A stretch of DNA of 63,273 nt, filler included, from Octopus bimaculoides (GCF_001194135.2; 8 parts of 8 records of this genome joined end to end with filler, not necessarily neighbours in it); one strand, 5' to 3'. Numbered from the whole stretch's first letter, positions 36,040 to 50,294 are shown. The notes: generated by a model not told the origin, from the sequence alone. Numbers and translations: made by a program.

Positions 36040-37562
36040 GAACTTAAGCCTTGAGAGTATAGAAGGACTAAATTATGAAGAGAGAGAAATGATCATAAAA
36101 CGCCGCTAGTGTCATTGAGGAAAACCTGGACATGGAAATAAATGGATTCAAGAAAGTAGATAGAAATGTTCTCAGGTGTGAACCCAGAAAGTGAATAAAA
36201 TAATGAAATGAATCAAGACAGATAATATAATCGGAACGAGTAGATTGATTAAAACTTGTATCGTCTCTGTCAGAAAGGAAGTAGGCCGTAAAAAAGGACA
36301 TAAAGAAAAGAGCTTTAGTGGGAAAGAAGAATGAAGCAATCAATGAACGAACTAGGAAAACATATCAACACCTTGGAAAGGAAAAAGGAGGGGGTGACAT
36401 CAGGAAGAAGGAGAAATACTCGGAACTAGAATATAGATATAGGATAAAGAAAAGGGGATTAAATGTAGTTCTTGAAGAGCTGAAACAAAGATTGCAGCCT
36501 AAAGTAACAAAGATAAAAAGATATGACCAAAGAATTGAACAATATGTAATCGACAGGTTGTTCCAACAGGACCAGAATAGGGTTTATCAGCGGCTGAATG
36601 GAAAGGTTAACAGCAGTGAGAGACCGGACGCTGAAGAAAGTAGGAAGTTTGGGAGTAACATGGGATAATGGAAGAAAGGATAATGAAGATGCTGAATGGC
36701 TGAAGGAATTAAGATCGGAGAAATATGAAGTGAAACAGAACGATATAAGAATAACTGAAATGGTGACCGAGCAGACAACAAAGATTCCAAACTGGAAATG
36801 CCCAGGTCCGGATGGGGTACAAGGGTATTCGCTGAAAATTTTCCCAGCACTACACACACACAAAAAAAAAAAGCTGCGCAAATGGATAAAATGATGAACA
36901 ACAGAGCGGAAATTCCAAAGTGGTTACCCACAGGTAAAACGGTTCTTTATCAAAAGGACCCCGGGAAAGGTAATGTAGTGGATAGTTACCGGCCAGTCTC
37001 CTGCCTACTCTTGATGTGAAAGTTGATAACAGGAATAACATCTAATTGCGTGTATAACTTTCTGGAAATGAATGATAAACTGCCAGTGGAACAGAAGGGG
37101 TACACGAGGGAAGGCTGAAGGACAAGAGATCAACTTCTGATAGACAGAGTGGTGCTGAACGACTGCAAGAAAAGGTACACTAACTTGGGTATGGCGTGGA
37201 TCGATTATAGGAAAGCGAATGACATAGTTTCCCTTTCCTGGATTTTAGAAAGTCTTGAGTGTCTTGAGTGTGGAATTTCATAATCCATTGAGACTCCCTA
37301 ATCGATACTCGAAGACCAGACATTATAGTGGTAGATAAAAGAAAAAAAAGAAAGCAAGATTATAGATATTGCCATACCTGGGGATGCACCTGTAGATGAC
37401 AAAGAGCTGAATGAGATGGAGAAATACAATCTACTAAAAGACGATATTGCAAGAATGTGGGCAACGGGCAAAGTAACTGTTATCACAGTAGTTGAAGGGG
37501 CGCTCGGAGCACTAACAACCAGGTTCAAGAAATGTGTTGGAAAAACTGGAATTGACATGAAT
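36040..37562 (+). mobile_element. R4/Dong-like LINE with an internal deletion joining mid-RT to the RLE domain
   Basis: [75 protein letters not shown], then RPDIIVVDK..IIDIAIPGD..EKY..MW..GALG. Confidence 0.9.
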
Positions 37563-37569
37563 ATGTAAT

Positions 37570-37615
<46 letters not shown>

Positions 37616-37636
37616 GCAACAGCAACAACAATAACA

Positions 37637-38950
37637 GATGATAAGAAAAGAATACTATAGACGAGTTAGATTAATACTGAAAACAGAGCACAATGCAAAA
37701 AACAAGATAATAGGTGTCAAGACTCTAGCCGTCCCAGTTATAAGTTACAGCTACAATACATATTCTTAACTGAACTCTGAATGAACTAATCAAAATAGAC
37801 AGGAAAACAAGAAAAATAATGATAGGATTTAGGATGTGCCACCCAAAATCTGACATAGAAAGGTTAAATATACAACGTATCGAAGGTGGTAGAGGCCTTA
37901 TACAGCTAGAAAACTATGACAAAATAACCACGATAGGACTACAGAAATACCTACTTCAGAAGCAAGGAAAACTGATACAAATAGCCACAAAACACGAACA
38001 AAAAAAAAACTGTTTTCAGTCTTTAAGGAAGCTGACAAATACGAAAAAAAAAGTCATAGCACCTAACAACTATGAAGAAAAAGAAGAAACAACGAAATCT
38101 GTAAAACAATTGAAATCTAAACTAAAACTGGATCATGATAAAATGATAGCAAGAAAAGCCCCTTCATGGCAAATACTGGGTTAAATTAAACAGAAAAGAA
38201 ATAGACAAAGCAAAATCCCAACAGTGGCTGAGGAGCACAGGACTCAAAGCAGAGACTAAAGGAATTTTAATTGCTGTACAAGATCAAAGCCTTCCCAACA
38301 GAAAGTACCAAAACATATAATGAAAATAAATACAAGTAACTGCAGAATATGTAGGGAAAGAGAAGAAACAATAAATCATATTGTCTCTGGCTGCCCAGTC
38401 CTGGCTAATAAGAAATATATTCACAGACACGACAAAGTTGGGACCTATATACACTGGAAGCAGTGCCAACACTATGGAATAACAACAGAAAAAGATGGTA
38501 TAGGCACACGCAAGAAAAGTTCATAGAAAATGAGAAAGGAACCTTACTCTGGGATGTGCACAGAAATTAAGGCCAATAGGACGGATATAGTTGTCACAGA
38601 TCATCAAGAAAATAAAATGCTTTCTAATCGATGTATCAATACCAACAGATGACAATAACAGAAATGGAGAAACTTTCAAAATACAAAATCTGAAAATAGA
38701 GTTAACTCGAATGTGAAATCTGTCTTATGAGTGTGATTTAGGTGTGATAAAAAAAATATTCAGACAAACACATAACAAAAGCACAAGGACTAACAGGTAT
38801 ATATAGCATACAGAGAATAGGACTAATAGGCATCGCACACATGCTACGTAAAACAGTAAAAATAAGAGCATCACAAGCCACAGCACATACCAAAGGCATA
38901 CAGAGCTGCGCTCGGTAGTGCAGTGAAAGCACGTAATAAAAATAAGACTA

Positions 38951-38953
<3 letters not shown>
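37637..38953 (+). mobile_element. R4/Dong-like LINE 3' portion (thumb, CCHC zinc knuckle, RLE, 3' UTR)
   Basis: EYYRRVRLILKT..LAVPVISYS..HPKSDIERL..EGGRGLIQLE..QDQ..CRICREREETINHIVSGCPVLA..YIHRHDKV..KANR.DIVV..IDVSIP.D. Confidence 0.9.
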
Positions 38954-38997
<44 letters not shown>

Positions 38998-38998
<1 letters not shown>

Positions 38999-40397
38999 GC
39001 GAGAAACAGGATCGAAGCGATCAATGCTCTAGCCATACCAGTCGTGACTTACAGTTTCAACATCGTTAACTGGTCAATTACTGAAATATGTAATGTTGAC
39101 AGAAAAATACGAAAACTGTTGACAATGCATAGAATGCACCACCCTAAGGCAGATATAGAACGTCTTTATCTGCCAAGAANNNNNNNNNNNNNNNNNNNNN
39201 NNNNNNNNNNNNNNNNNNNNNNNNNNNNNNNNNNNNNNNNNNNNNNNNNNNNNNNNNNNNNNNNNNNNNNNNNNNNNNNNNNNNNNNNNNNNNNNNNNNN
39301 NNNNNNNNNNNNNNNNNNNNNNNNNNNNNNNNNNNNNNNNNNNNNNNNNNNNNNNNNNNNNNNNNNNNNNNNNNNNNNNNNNNNNNNNNNNNNNNNNNNN
39401 NNNNNNNNNNNNNNNNNNNNNNNNNNNNNNNNNNNNNNNNNNNNNNNNNNNNNNNNNNNNNNNNNNNNNNNNNNNNNNNNNNNNNNNNNNNNNNNNNNNN
39501 NNNNNNNNNNNNNNNNNNNNNNNNNNNNNNNNNNNNNNNNNNNNNNNNNNNNNNNNNNNNNNNNNNNNNNNNNNNNNNNNNNNNNNNNNNNNNNNNNNNN
39601 NNNNNNNNNNNNNNNNNNNNNNNNNNNNNNNNNNNNNNNNNNNNNNNNNNNNNNNNNNNNNNNNNNNNNNNNNNNNNNNNNNNNNNNNNNNNNNNNNNNN
39701 NNNNNNNNNNNNNNNNNNNNNNNNNNNNNNNNNNNNNNNNNNNNNNNNNNNNNNNNNNNNNNNNNNNNNNNNNNNNNNNNNNNNNNNNNNNNNNNNNNNN
39801 NNNNNNNNNNNNNNNNNNNNNNNNNNNNNNNNNNNNNNNNNNNNNNNNNNNNNNNNNNNNNNNNNNNNNNNNNNNNNNNNNNNNNNNNNNNNNNNNNNNN
39901 NNNNNNNNNNNNNNNNNNNNNNNNNNNNNNNNNNNNNNNNNNNNNNNNNNNNNNNNNNNNNNNNNNNNNNNNNNNNNNNNNNNNNNNNNNNNNNNNNNNN
40001 NNNNNNNNNNNNNNNNNNNNNNNNNNNNNNNNNNNNNNNNNNNNNNNNNNNNNNNNNNNNNNNNNNNNNNNNNNNNNNNNNNNNNNNNNNNNNNNNNNNN
40101 NNNATTACTACCTAGATCAGATTCCAGGAAACCCCAAAATGGCTGAAGTTCAAAAAATAGTGCTCATGGGAACTGCCCATATCCTACGTAAAATACTGTC
40201 TATGTGATCTCAAATTTTAAAGCAAATACATAATTTTCTTATGGTTTCTTAAACATTCACTTGAACAAAACTGTACAAATACAAATATATGGTACCCTAG
40301 GCATAACACCTACATGAACTTCTAACTTGTTGTCTCTTGAGGTCTCTGGGTGAGACTTGGATCCAACTTGTACAAATGCAAAACAAAAGTCAAACAT
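38998..40397 (+). mobile_element. R4/Dong-like LINE 3' portion spanning an assembly gap
   Basis: NRIEAINALAIPVVTYSFNIVNW..HHPKADIERLYLPR [gap] YLDQIPGNPKMAEVQKIVLMGTAHILRKILSM*; the 3' UTR matches 21621-21800; (TAA)n on both sides. Confidence 0.9.
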
Positions 40398-40424
40398 AAA
40401 ATAATAATAATAATAATAATAATA

Positions 40425-40635
40425 CTTTCTACTAAAGACACAAGGCCTGAAATTTTGATGAAGGGGACAAGTCGATCACATCGATCCCAGTATTTCAGTG
40501 GTACTTAATTTATCGATACCGAAAGGATGAAAGGCAATGTTGATCTCGGCGTAATTTGAACTCAAAATAGCGAGACGAACGAAAACACTGTTAAGCATTT
40601 TGTTAGGCATACCAACGATTCTGCCTGTTCACTGC
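40425..40635 (-). mobile_element. SINE family C
   Basis: Consensus match. Confidence 0.8.
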
Positions 40636-40638
40636 CTG

Positions 40639-40689
<51 letters not shown>

Positions 40690-40703
40690 GCTGCTGCTGC
40701 TAC

Positions 40704-40734
<31 letters not shown>

Positions 40735-40759
40735 AATAATAATAATAATAATAATAATA

Positions 40760-40884
40760 CGCACATATGGTTGTGATGCATGTGCCTGGTGTACCCTTAT
40801 CAGACGGGTAGTCATGATGGGTATAATGGGCTTCGTATATTTTACCCCAGTGTCACTTTGATGGCATGCACTGCTCTCTCACTC
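40760..40884 (+). mobile_element. Family E 5'-truncated copy in (AAT)n
   Basis: cgcacatatggttgtgatgcatgtgcc..ctgctctctcactc, flanked by (AAT)n on both sides. Confidence 0.85.
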
Positions 40885-41643
40885 AATAATAATAATAATA
40901 ATAATAAGAGAAATTAAGGCAAATAGACCAGATATAGTTGTCAAAGATCATGAAGANNNNNNNNNNNNNNNNNNNNNNNNNNNNNNNNNNNNNNNNNNNN
41001 NNNNNNNNNNNNNNNNNNNNNNNNNNNNNNNNNNNNNNNNNNNNNNNNNNNNNNNNNNNNNNNNNNNNNNNNNNNNNNNNNNNNNNNNNNNNNNNNNNNN
41101 NNNNNNNNNNNNNNNNNNNNNNNNNNNNNNNNNNNNNNNNNNNNNNNNNNNNNNNNNNNNNNNNNNNNNNNNNNNNNNNNNNNNNNNNNNNNNNNNNNNN
41201 NNNNNNNNNNNNNNNNNNNNNNNNNNNNNNNNNNNNNNNNNNNNNNNNNNNNNNNNNNNNNNNNNNNNNNNNNNNNNNNNNNNNNNNNNNNNNNNNNNNN
41301 NNNNNNNNNNNNNNNNNNNNNNNNNNNNNNNNNNNNNNNNNNNNNNNNNNNNNNNNNNNNNNNNNNNNNNNNNNNNNNNNNNNNNNNNNNNNNNNNNNNN
41401 NNNNNNNNNNNNNNNNNNNNNNNNNNNNNNNNNNNNNNNNNNNNNNNNNNNNNNNNNNNNNNNNNNNNNNNNNNNNNNNNNNNNNNNNNNNNNNNNNNNN
41501 NNNNNNNNNNNNNNNNNNNNNNNNNNNNNNNNNNNNNNNNNNNNNNNNNNNNNNNNNNNNNNNNNNNNNNNNNNNNNNNNNNNNNNNNNNNNNNNNNNNN
41601 NNNNNNNNNNNNNNNNNNNNNNNNNNNNNNNNNNNNNNNNNNN

Positions 41644-41789
41644 TGATATGAGATCACCATGTCGCGCACATATGGTTGTGATGCATGTGCCTAGTGTACC
41701 CTTATCAGACGGGTAGTCATGATGGGTATACTGGGCTTCGTATATTTTACCCCTGTGTCACTTTGATGGCATGCACTGCTCTCTCACTC
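41644..41789 (+). mobile_element. Family E 3' part (5' end hidden by a gap) with an (AAT)n tail
   Basis: Same sequence as 40760-40884, extended 5'. Confidence 0.85.
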
Positions 41790-41790
41790 A

Positions 41791-41869
<79 letters not shown>

Positions 41870-41871
<2 letters not shown>

Positions 41872-42000
41872 TCTACTATAAGTACAAGAGGACCGAAATT
41901 TTGTGGGAGGAGGCGAGTCGATAACATCGATCCCGGTGCGAAACTGGTACTTATTTCATTGATCCCGAAAAAGATGAAAGGCATAGTCGACCTCAGTGAC
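41870..42000 (-). mobile_element. SINE family C 3' part
   Basis: Consensus match. Confidence 0.7.
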
Positions 42001-42208
42001 TATTAATCCCACCTGAATGTATTAAGAAAATGTTACCGCTGCACTGCTAATCGTCAAGAAACCTCGCTGATTGTCAAGAACCCTGGCATCATATCTAAAT
42101 ACCAGAGACAGTCTCCCTTTGTATGAACGAGAGAAAAGTTTTTATCCGTTACTGCATAAATCAACTCTAAAAGCGATAATGATTTTGTTCGGTTTTATCC
42201 AGTGGGTG

Positions 42209-42586
42209 GAGGCGCAATGGCCCAGTGGTTAGGGCAGCGGACTCGCGGTCATAGGATCGCGGTTTCGATCCCCAGACCGGGCGTTGTAAGTGTTTATTGA
42301 GCGAAAACACATAAAGCTCCACGAGGCTCCGGCAGGGGATGGTGGCGTACCCTACTGTACTCTTTCACCACAACTTTCTCTTACTCTTACTTCCTGTTTC
42401 TGACGTGCCTGTAATTGAAAGGGTCAACCTTGTCACACTGTGTCACGCTAAATATCCCCGAGAACTACGTTAAGGGTACACGTGTCTGTGGAGTGCTCAG
42501 CCACTTGAACGTTAATTTCACGAGTAGGCTGTTCCGTTGATCGGATCAACTGGAACTCTCGACGTCGTAAGCGATGGAGTGCCAAC
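42209..42586 (+). mobile_element. tRNA-derived SINE family D, full length, flanked by ~108-bp direct repeats
   Basis: A box tggcccagtggttagg, B box ggtttcgatccc; flanks 42101-42208 and 42587-42693 are direct repeats. Confidence 0.9.
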
Positions 42587-42914
42587 ACCAGAGACAGTCT
42601 CCCTTTGTATGAACGAGAGAAAAGTTTTTATCCGTTACTGCATAAATCGACTCGAAAATGATAATGATTTCGTCTGGTTTTATCCAGTGGGTGCTCAAAC
42701 AATGCTTCTTTCCAGAACTTTACTCTGGTTTCTTTATTCGTTTCTTTCTATTCGTTTCTTTCAACTTTATATCTTCCTTTCCCTCTTCATTCCACTCTCA
42801 TTTGTTCCTCCACNNNNNNNNNNNNNNNNNNNNNNNNNNNNNNNNNNNNNNNNNNNNTTAATTAATTAANNNNNNNNNNNNNNNNNNNNNNNNNNNNNNN
42901 NNNNNNNNNNNNNG

Positions 42915-44335
42915 TATTGGGATGTGTAGGGGTGGAGTGTGGATGGAGGGGTAACGATGAAGGAAGAAGATGGGTAGGAGTGAAGAGAAGTAGGTGTCAG
43001 GACAGGAGGGGTGGGTAGGAGTGAAGAGAGGAGGAGAGTCAGATGAAGAGGGGAAGGGAGTTGAGCCCATGTGGCACAAAGGAACAAAGAGAAAAGATTA
43101 ATCCCTGTTCACAGCGAAGGCAGGAGTCCAAATGGTCCTTGTGCAAAGACAATCCAAACACAGACAGGTGTTGTAATGAATGACCGGTAGAACAGAAATG
43201 GCACGAGGCTGGGGTGTTGCTGCCCAGTCTAATGTCTTGGAGGTGTTCTATGAACCAGTCAGCCAAGCGGCGTCCTGTTTGGCTGATGGACAGAAAGAGC
43301 AGGCGATGCAGTAACTGATGTTTCTAGAAGTGCAGGTAAAGGAGTCACTGATATGATAGGGATGATGATGGGTGCCTTTGAGGATATTGGTGTTGGAGAA
43401 GTAGGGGAAAGTGCAGCAGCAACTGGACCAGGAGGTCACATAGGTTGTGAGCTCATTTGAAGGAGGAGAAGGTAGGTTGGGGAAGATGAACTGGAGTCAC
43501 CGGAAGGCTTGGAGAATGGTGTGTTAGAGAGGCAGGGTGGTAGGTGAGGGAAAACAGGAGACAGTAACAGCGGGGTGGGTGCAGTGAGAGAGAGCAGATG
43601 CACAGTCCACAGAAGTGCTCTAGCAAGGGCGGTATGGATAGTGGTGAGGGGATACCCATGAAGGATGAAGTGGTGAGCAATGAGTTGAGACTGAGTGTCA
43701 AAATCATGGTTGTCACTGCAGAGTCTGTGCAGATGGAGGAATTGGAAGTAGGGGATAGAGAGCTTGGTGTGGGTTGGGTGGGAGGAGGAGAAGTTGAGGT
43801 ATGAGTGTAAGTCGGTGTGTTTGTAGTGGATGAAGGTGGTGAGAGTGGAGTGGAGTGGTGTATGTTGACTGAAATGTCAAGAAAGGTGATGGAAGTGTTG
43901 GAAATGGTGCAGGAGAATTCAAGGGCAGGATGGAAGATTGGACAAAAGAGAAGAGGAAGTCTAGTTGTTCATGGGAGAGCAAGATCGTACCAATACAGTC
44001 ATCAATATAATGACCATATAGTTCTGGAGTGGGACCTGTGAATCTTGAAAATATTTGGGCCTCAACATAGCCAATGAATAGGTTTGCATAGTTGGGGCCC
44101 ATTCTCATTCCCATGGCCACTTCCAAGATCTATTGGTAAAACTCCCCTGTGAACGAGCCGCAGTTGAGGGAGAGAACAAGTTCGGCCAGACAATGAAGTG
44201 TGGACATATCAGGTTGAGGGTTAGATCAAAGGTCTAGGTAATGCTTGAGAGGAAGAAGCCCCTCATGGTGTAGGATCAATGTATATACACTCTTGATATC
44301 AAGAGTGAAGAGAAGTTTAGAGGGGCCAAGAGGGA
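42915..44335 (-). mobile_element. Penelope-like element (family of 1-600): RT plus GIY-YIG, decayed
   Basis: [83 protein letters not shown]. Confidence 0.92.
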
Positions 44336-44339
44336 AAAT

Positions 44340-44592
44340 ATATGTGTGTATGTGTGTGTGTATATGTATTTATATACATATATATATATATATATGTATT
44401 TATATATATATATATGTATTTATATATATGTATTTATATATATATATGTATATATATATATGTATGTATATATATATATATATATATGTATATGTATATG
44501 TATATATATGTATATATGTATATATATGTATATGTATATATATGTATATATGTATATATATGTATATATATATATATGTATATATGTATATG

Positions 44593-44655
<63 letters not shown>

Positions 44656-44660
44656 GTATA
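44340..44660. repeat. Degenerate (TA/TATG)n microsatellite
   Basis: Direct reading. Confidence 0.95.
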
Positions 44661-45127
44661 NNNNNNNNNNNNNNNNNNNNNNNNNNNNNNNNNNNNNNNN
44701 NNNNTTAATTAATTAANNNNNNNNNNNNNNNNNNNNNNNNNNNNNNNNNNNNNNNNNNNNCACTAAGAACAATGATGATGATGATGATGATGACAATTAT
44801 GATAATGATGGTGGTGATAATGATGATGGTGAGGATAACGATGAAAAAAACTGGTGATGACGGCGATTGTGTGCAGACAGACAGATAAATGCCTGTAATT
44901 TCCCCGCAATGGCTCCATGCCAAATTGTTGCACACGGCAGAGCAATCTCCAGCTACCAGAGTGACACCAGTCTGAACGACACAGAGGTCGATTGAAGGAA
45001 GGTCAATAAATATCTGACATCAATCCAGACACCATTGTTGTTAACCTGGTGGATTTCATTAATATAAATATAGCAGCTGGATATGGCAGGCAACTAACCA
45101 CCATACCCTGTCTTTTGATTATTATTA

Positions 45128-45161
<34 letters not shown>

Positions 45162-45164
45162 GGC

Positions 45165-45371
45165 TGGCAGTATCTATTGTTAGCACGTTGGATGAAATGC
45201 TTAGCGGCATTTCGTCCATCGTTACGTTCTGAGTTCAGATTCCATTGAGGTCAACTTTGTCTTTCATCCTTTCGGGGTCGGTAAAACAAGTACCAGTTGA
45301 ACACTGGGGGTCGATGAAATTGACTTAATCCTTCCCTGCAAATTTCAGGCCGTGTGCATATAGTAGGAAGG

Positions 45372-45451
<80 letters not shown>

Positions 45452-45655
45452 TAATTGTAAGGCAGTGTGCATTCAAGAGAAAATGGTTGGCAGCATTTCT
45501 GACAACTTTAGGTTCTGAGTTAAACTCCCACTGCAGTCAATTTTGCCCTTTATTATCTTCGGGTTGATAGAATAAGGACCAGTTGAGTACTGGTGTTGGT
45601 GTAATTGACTCACTCCCTCAAAATTCCGGGGCTTCTGCCTTTAACAGAAAGGGGA
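45165..45655 (+). mobile_element. Two SINE family C copies separated by (ATT)n
   Basis: Consensus matches at 45165-45375 and 45480-45655. Confidence 0.8.
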
Positions 45656-46767
45656 AAGGGCGTACACAATAAATAAAGGGCTTACACAATAAATTGATAC
45701 ATGAATATTTCAAGATTGTCCTTTATAGAGATTCTTATTCATGTAAGAGTAAATCTTGTTTATGGGTTTCTAGTTTAGAGGGACTTTTTTGTATATATGT
45801 GTGTATATATGTGTGTATATATGTGTGTATATATGTATGTGTATACAATGGGCTTCTGCAAAGCTTCTGTCTACCAAATTTATTCACAAAACATTGGTTG
45901 GCCCAGTGCTATAGTAGAAGACATGCAGCAGAACTGAACCATGGGTTTGTAAAGTGAGCTTAGCAACACGTCCATGTTGGAGCCTATCATCTCCATCTTT
46001 ACTGTTTGTATATAGAAACACAGACATTTATGGACTTTTATGAGTCTTATGGGATAACATAATCATGATGTTGATGATGATGATGATGATGACTTTATCA
46101 CCTAATGCTCATAAATGTCCATAGCATTGTGTCTTTCTATAAAGAGATAATGACATTGTGAGAAACAAATACTAAACAAAATGTAAAGTCACATAAAAAT
46201 AAGAAAAAAGAAAAAAAGAGCCCACTAGAAACCATTAGATGAAGAAATGAAGAAGACAGACACAAACGTTTAAAATCAAAGAATATTGGTGGAGTATTCT
46301 AATGAAATATCTATCCAGTGCAGAGAAAAGAGACTTTTTATTTCATTTAAGGACTGAAAACACAATCAGAGAAAACATCAGGGAGGAGAAGAGCTTTGAA
46401 GAAAATTTGATTACTTAAATGTTAATAATGAAGTTTTGGTTATTGGTAGGGAAATCAAATACTTATTCCACCACCACCACCACCACCACCACCTGGCTCA
46501 GCTGCTGTAATCTCCCTAATCTTCACATTGTATTCCTACTACTGCCCCTTATCGTCTCCTCTTCCCCATGGAATCACTCCTGTTTCCTTTCCATTAACCC
46601 TCCCCCCCCCTCCCTAATCATCTAATNNNNNNNNNNNNNNNNNNNNNNNNNNNNNNNNNNNNNNNNNNNNTTAATTAATTAANNNNNNNNNNNNNNNNNN
46701 NNNNNNNNNNNNNNNNNNNNNNNNNNTCTTCTGCAAACATCGTTGATGACGGCAGGAACAATAGACT

Positions 46768-46822
<55 letters not shown>

Positions 46823-47133
46823 GCTACAGACACGAATGCAAGGAATATTTTTCCAGGAAAATATTTTAGATTTCCATATTAATGTCTCCTCGAAATTGTC
46901 GGTGTTAACTTGATACCTCATTGATGGCGGCGGCGGCGGCGGTTGTAATGGTGATGATGATGGCGATGATGGTGATGATGGTGATGATGGTGACTACCAC
47001 CACTGAACAAACAAGAGCAGCAACACAGGGCGTGGATGAGAAACTTTTCACTCACCGCTTTTATAGTATTTGATCTTTGTGTCGTTTGTGCGTCGACAAA
47101 ATGGACACACTCACTCACTCACTCACTCACTCA

Positions 47134-47196
<63 letters not shown>

Positions 47197-48737
47197 CACA
47201 CGCATACATATCTATACACGTTCGTAGATATGCACACACATGCAAACACTCACACTTACTTATACCCATACATATATGCATACGCACACATAGACATTCG
47301 TGCTCACACATACACATAGCTCACTTAAACATATGCACAGACACACGTAAGTGTGTGCATATATATATACATATATATATATATTTTTTTCCCTGTCTTT
47401 ACAACTCTACGCCCACGCATACTAATAGATGCACTTTCTGCCTGCCTGTCTGTCTGTCTGTCCTCTGTCTCACACGCAAAGACATATCCAAGCATGTACA
47501 AATACCCTAGCATACACATACACACAAACACACGCACACATATACACATCCCTCTCTCTCTCTCAACCTTCTACCACACACACACACACACACACACACA
47601 CCGTCTCGTCTTTTTTCCTACAATAAACCCCCACTGCTCCTCCACCCTTTATTTGATGATCTCAGCATTACTCACCTGTCTTCGATATAATCTACCCACA
47701 ACCAGGAAGCCATTTACCTAACATCCATTATATTCCTGCTGTTAACCCAGCCTGCACTCCATCCAATTCCCCACCCCCACCTACCCCCTGAATATGACCA
47801 ATTATGGATTCCCTCGCTCTCACATTTAACCCCTATACTTAACCCCCACCTTTACTACCATTCCCTCCTTTTAGACATTTACCCCCTCCCCCACTTCACT
47901 AACTTCCACCCCTGTCTCTTAGACTGTCTTTCATTAACTCCCTTCACCCTTTAAAAATCTACCCTTTTCCCACCCGTCAAACGCAAACGAGAAATGCCAC
48001 GACATAGTCATTAGACGCAACAGTCAAATCACCCTCAAATGACGAATTATCCATTAAAATAAGGAAGGGTACAGTCCTGCCATACAATTGCAAGTTGATC
48101 ATGACGCGGGAGGCTTTTGATCATAGCTCTGCAGGATCAGGGCTGACCTGGGGCTAAACAGCCAGGACCTTCTTTTATCTCTCTATCATGATGAGGGTTT
48201 CCTACTCGATGGGGTGGCCGCCGTACAGCAACAGACTTGTTTTGTAAAACATGAAGGCCACCTGATTCCAAACGACGCTGTCGTCATCGTCTTTGTCATC
48301 ACCACCAGCATCATCGTCGTCGTCACCAACACCATCACCACCACCACCTTCATCATTATCATCATCATCATCATCAACGTCTGTAGCAGTAACAATAGCA
48401 CCAACAGTGACAACGACACTACACTGTAAACATACATTCGGCAGATGTGAAAGCTATCAACTCTCGTAATATGAGACAGAATGGAGGCAACATGACATCA
48501 AACTATATTTGTATGACGTTTTAAATCAAGACAAACAATTCCAAAACACATCAAACAACTCTATGACACTGAGAGTGAAACTACATCAAGCATTTGTACG
48601 ACGCACTGTGTTTCAAGCCAGACAGCACCAAAAAATCTCCAGCCTTTTGCAAGGGAGTAAATTCATCAAAAGTAGTTCTAACATTAATGACTACCATGTT
48701 AAGTCTTGCAAAATAGCAAATCTTCACAGCATATGTC

Positions 48738-48803
<66 letters not shown>

Positions 48804-48894
48804 NNNNNNNNNNNNNNNNNNNNNNNNNNNNNNNNNNNNNNNNNNNNNNNNNNNNNNNNNNNNNNNNNNNNNNNNNNNNNNNNNNNNNNNNNNN

Positions 48895-48954
<60 letters not shown>

Positions 48955-49204
48955 AGACATACACACACACACACTCACACGCATCTATTGTTGATGAGTG
49001 ATTAATGTGATTCTTGCTTCTGTAATCTTCTGCTCAGTCTCATATACATACTGGGAAATAAAAAAAATGACCTACACACAAACTTTTGTGTATATCTATG
49101 TGCGTATGTGAGTGCATATGAATATAGATATGCACATATCTATCATATCTATACGTATATATATGTATATACATATGTATATATATATGCATACATATGT
49201 GTGC

Positions 49205-49247
<43 letters not shown>

Positions 49248-49635
49248 CACACGTACATTTGTGTATGTATACATGTGTGTGTGTATATACATATGTGTGT
49301 GTGTAGCATTATAGTGTACAGCTATATCCTTGTTTAATGTTTTTGTTAGAAAATATTATTTTCCTCTTTCGTATTTTCATTGTCTCATATCCAATGTCGA
49401 GTTGTCTATTTAACAAACAGACAGTTTCCCCTCACGTATTCACCAAGGAATTACTTGGTTTCTGTAAACCGCACGAAATCTGTCCTCCACCGTTGAAACA
49501 GTGGAAGTATATTGCACAATATAGTCTTGCTTACTATATTTCAGCTAAAATTGGCTTTGTCATGGATGGAGTGCAATTGCTACTTATCTCTTACCCTGTT
49601 CACTTGGCAATCGTATACATATATTGCATGTATAC

Positions 49636-49682
<47 letters not shown>

Positions 49683-49683
49683 A

Positions 49684-49824
<141 letters not shown>

Positions 49825-50220
49825 TATATACATACGCAAGTATATGTATGTATATATAGTTTATATTCAGTTAAGGACGTAGAAGAGCACAGGATAAATC
49901 TCGTCCAGACTCGCTTAGTCACGGAAGACAGAAGGGATGTGGTCGAAGCCGAAATTTTGAGTTTACGGCACGCAGAAGCAATGTTTCTTTAGCACCTGAT
50001 GAAACACAAGATCTCACAATGCAGGGAAAAAGTTACATAACCAAATACCTGCAAACCTGGAGAACTACGTTGCATGCAAACAACTGAAGTGATTACAAAT
50101 AAATACTCCTTCATCTTGACTCCAACTTATATCCAATAATATATACATATGTATACAGGCACATTCACACATATGCACGTATGTAAGAAAGTGTATCGAT
50201 ACATACACACATATACATGT

Positions 50221-50294
<74 letters not shown>

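Noticed and set aside
42209-42290. tRNA-like A/B boxes as tRNA genes (also at 1172, 27966, 34480 and 57830)
   Set aside because: No complete cloverleaf or acceptor stem; each continues into a repeated SINE body.
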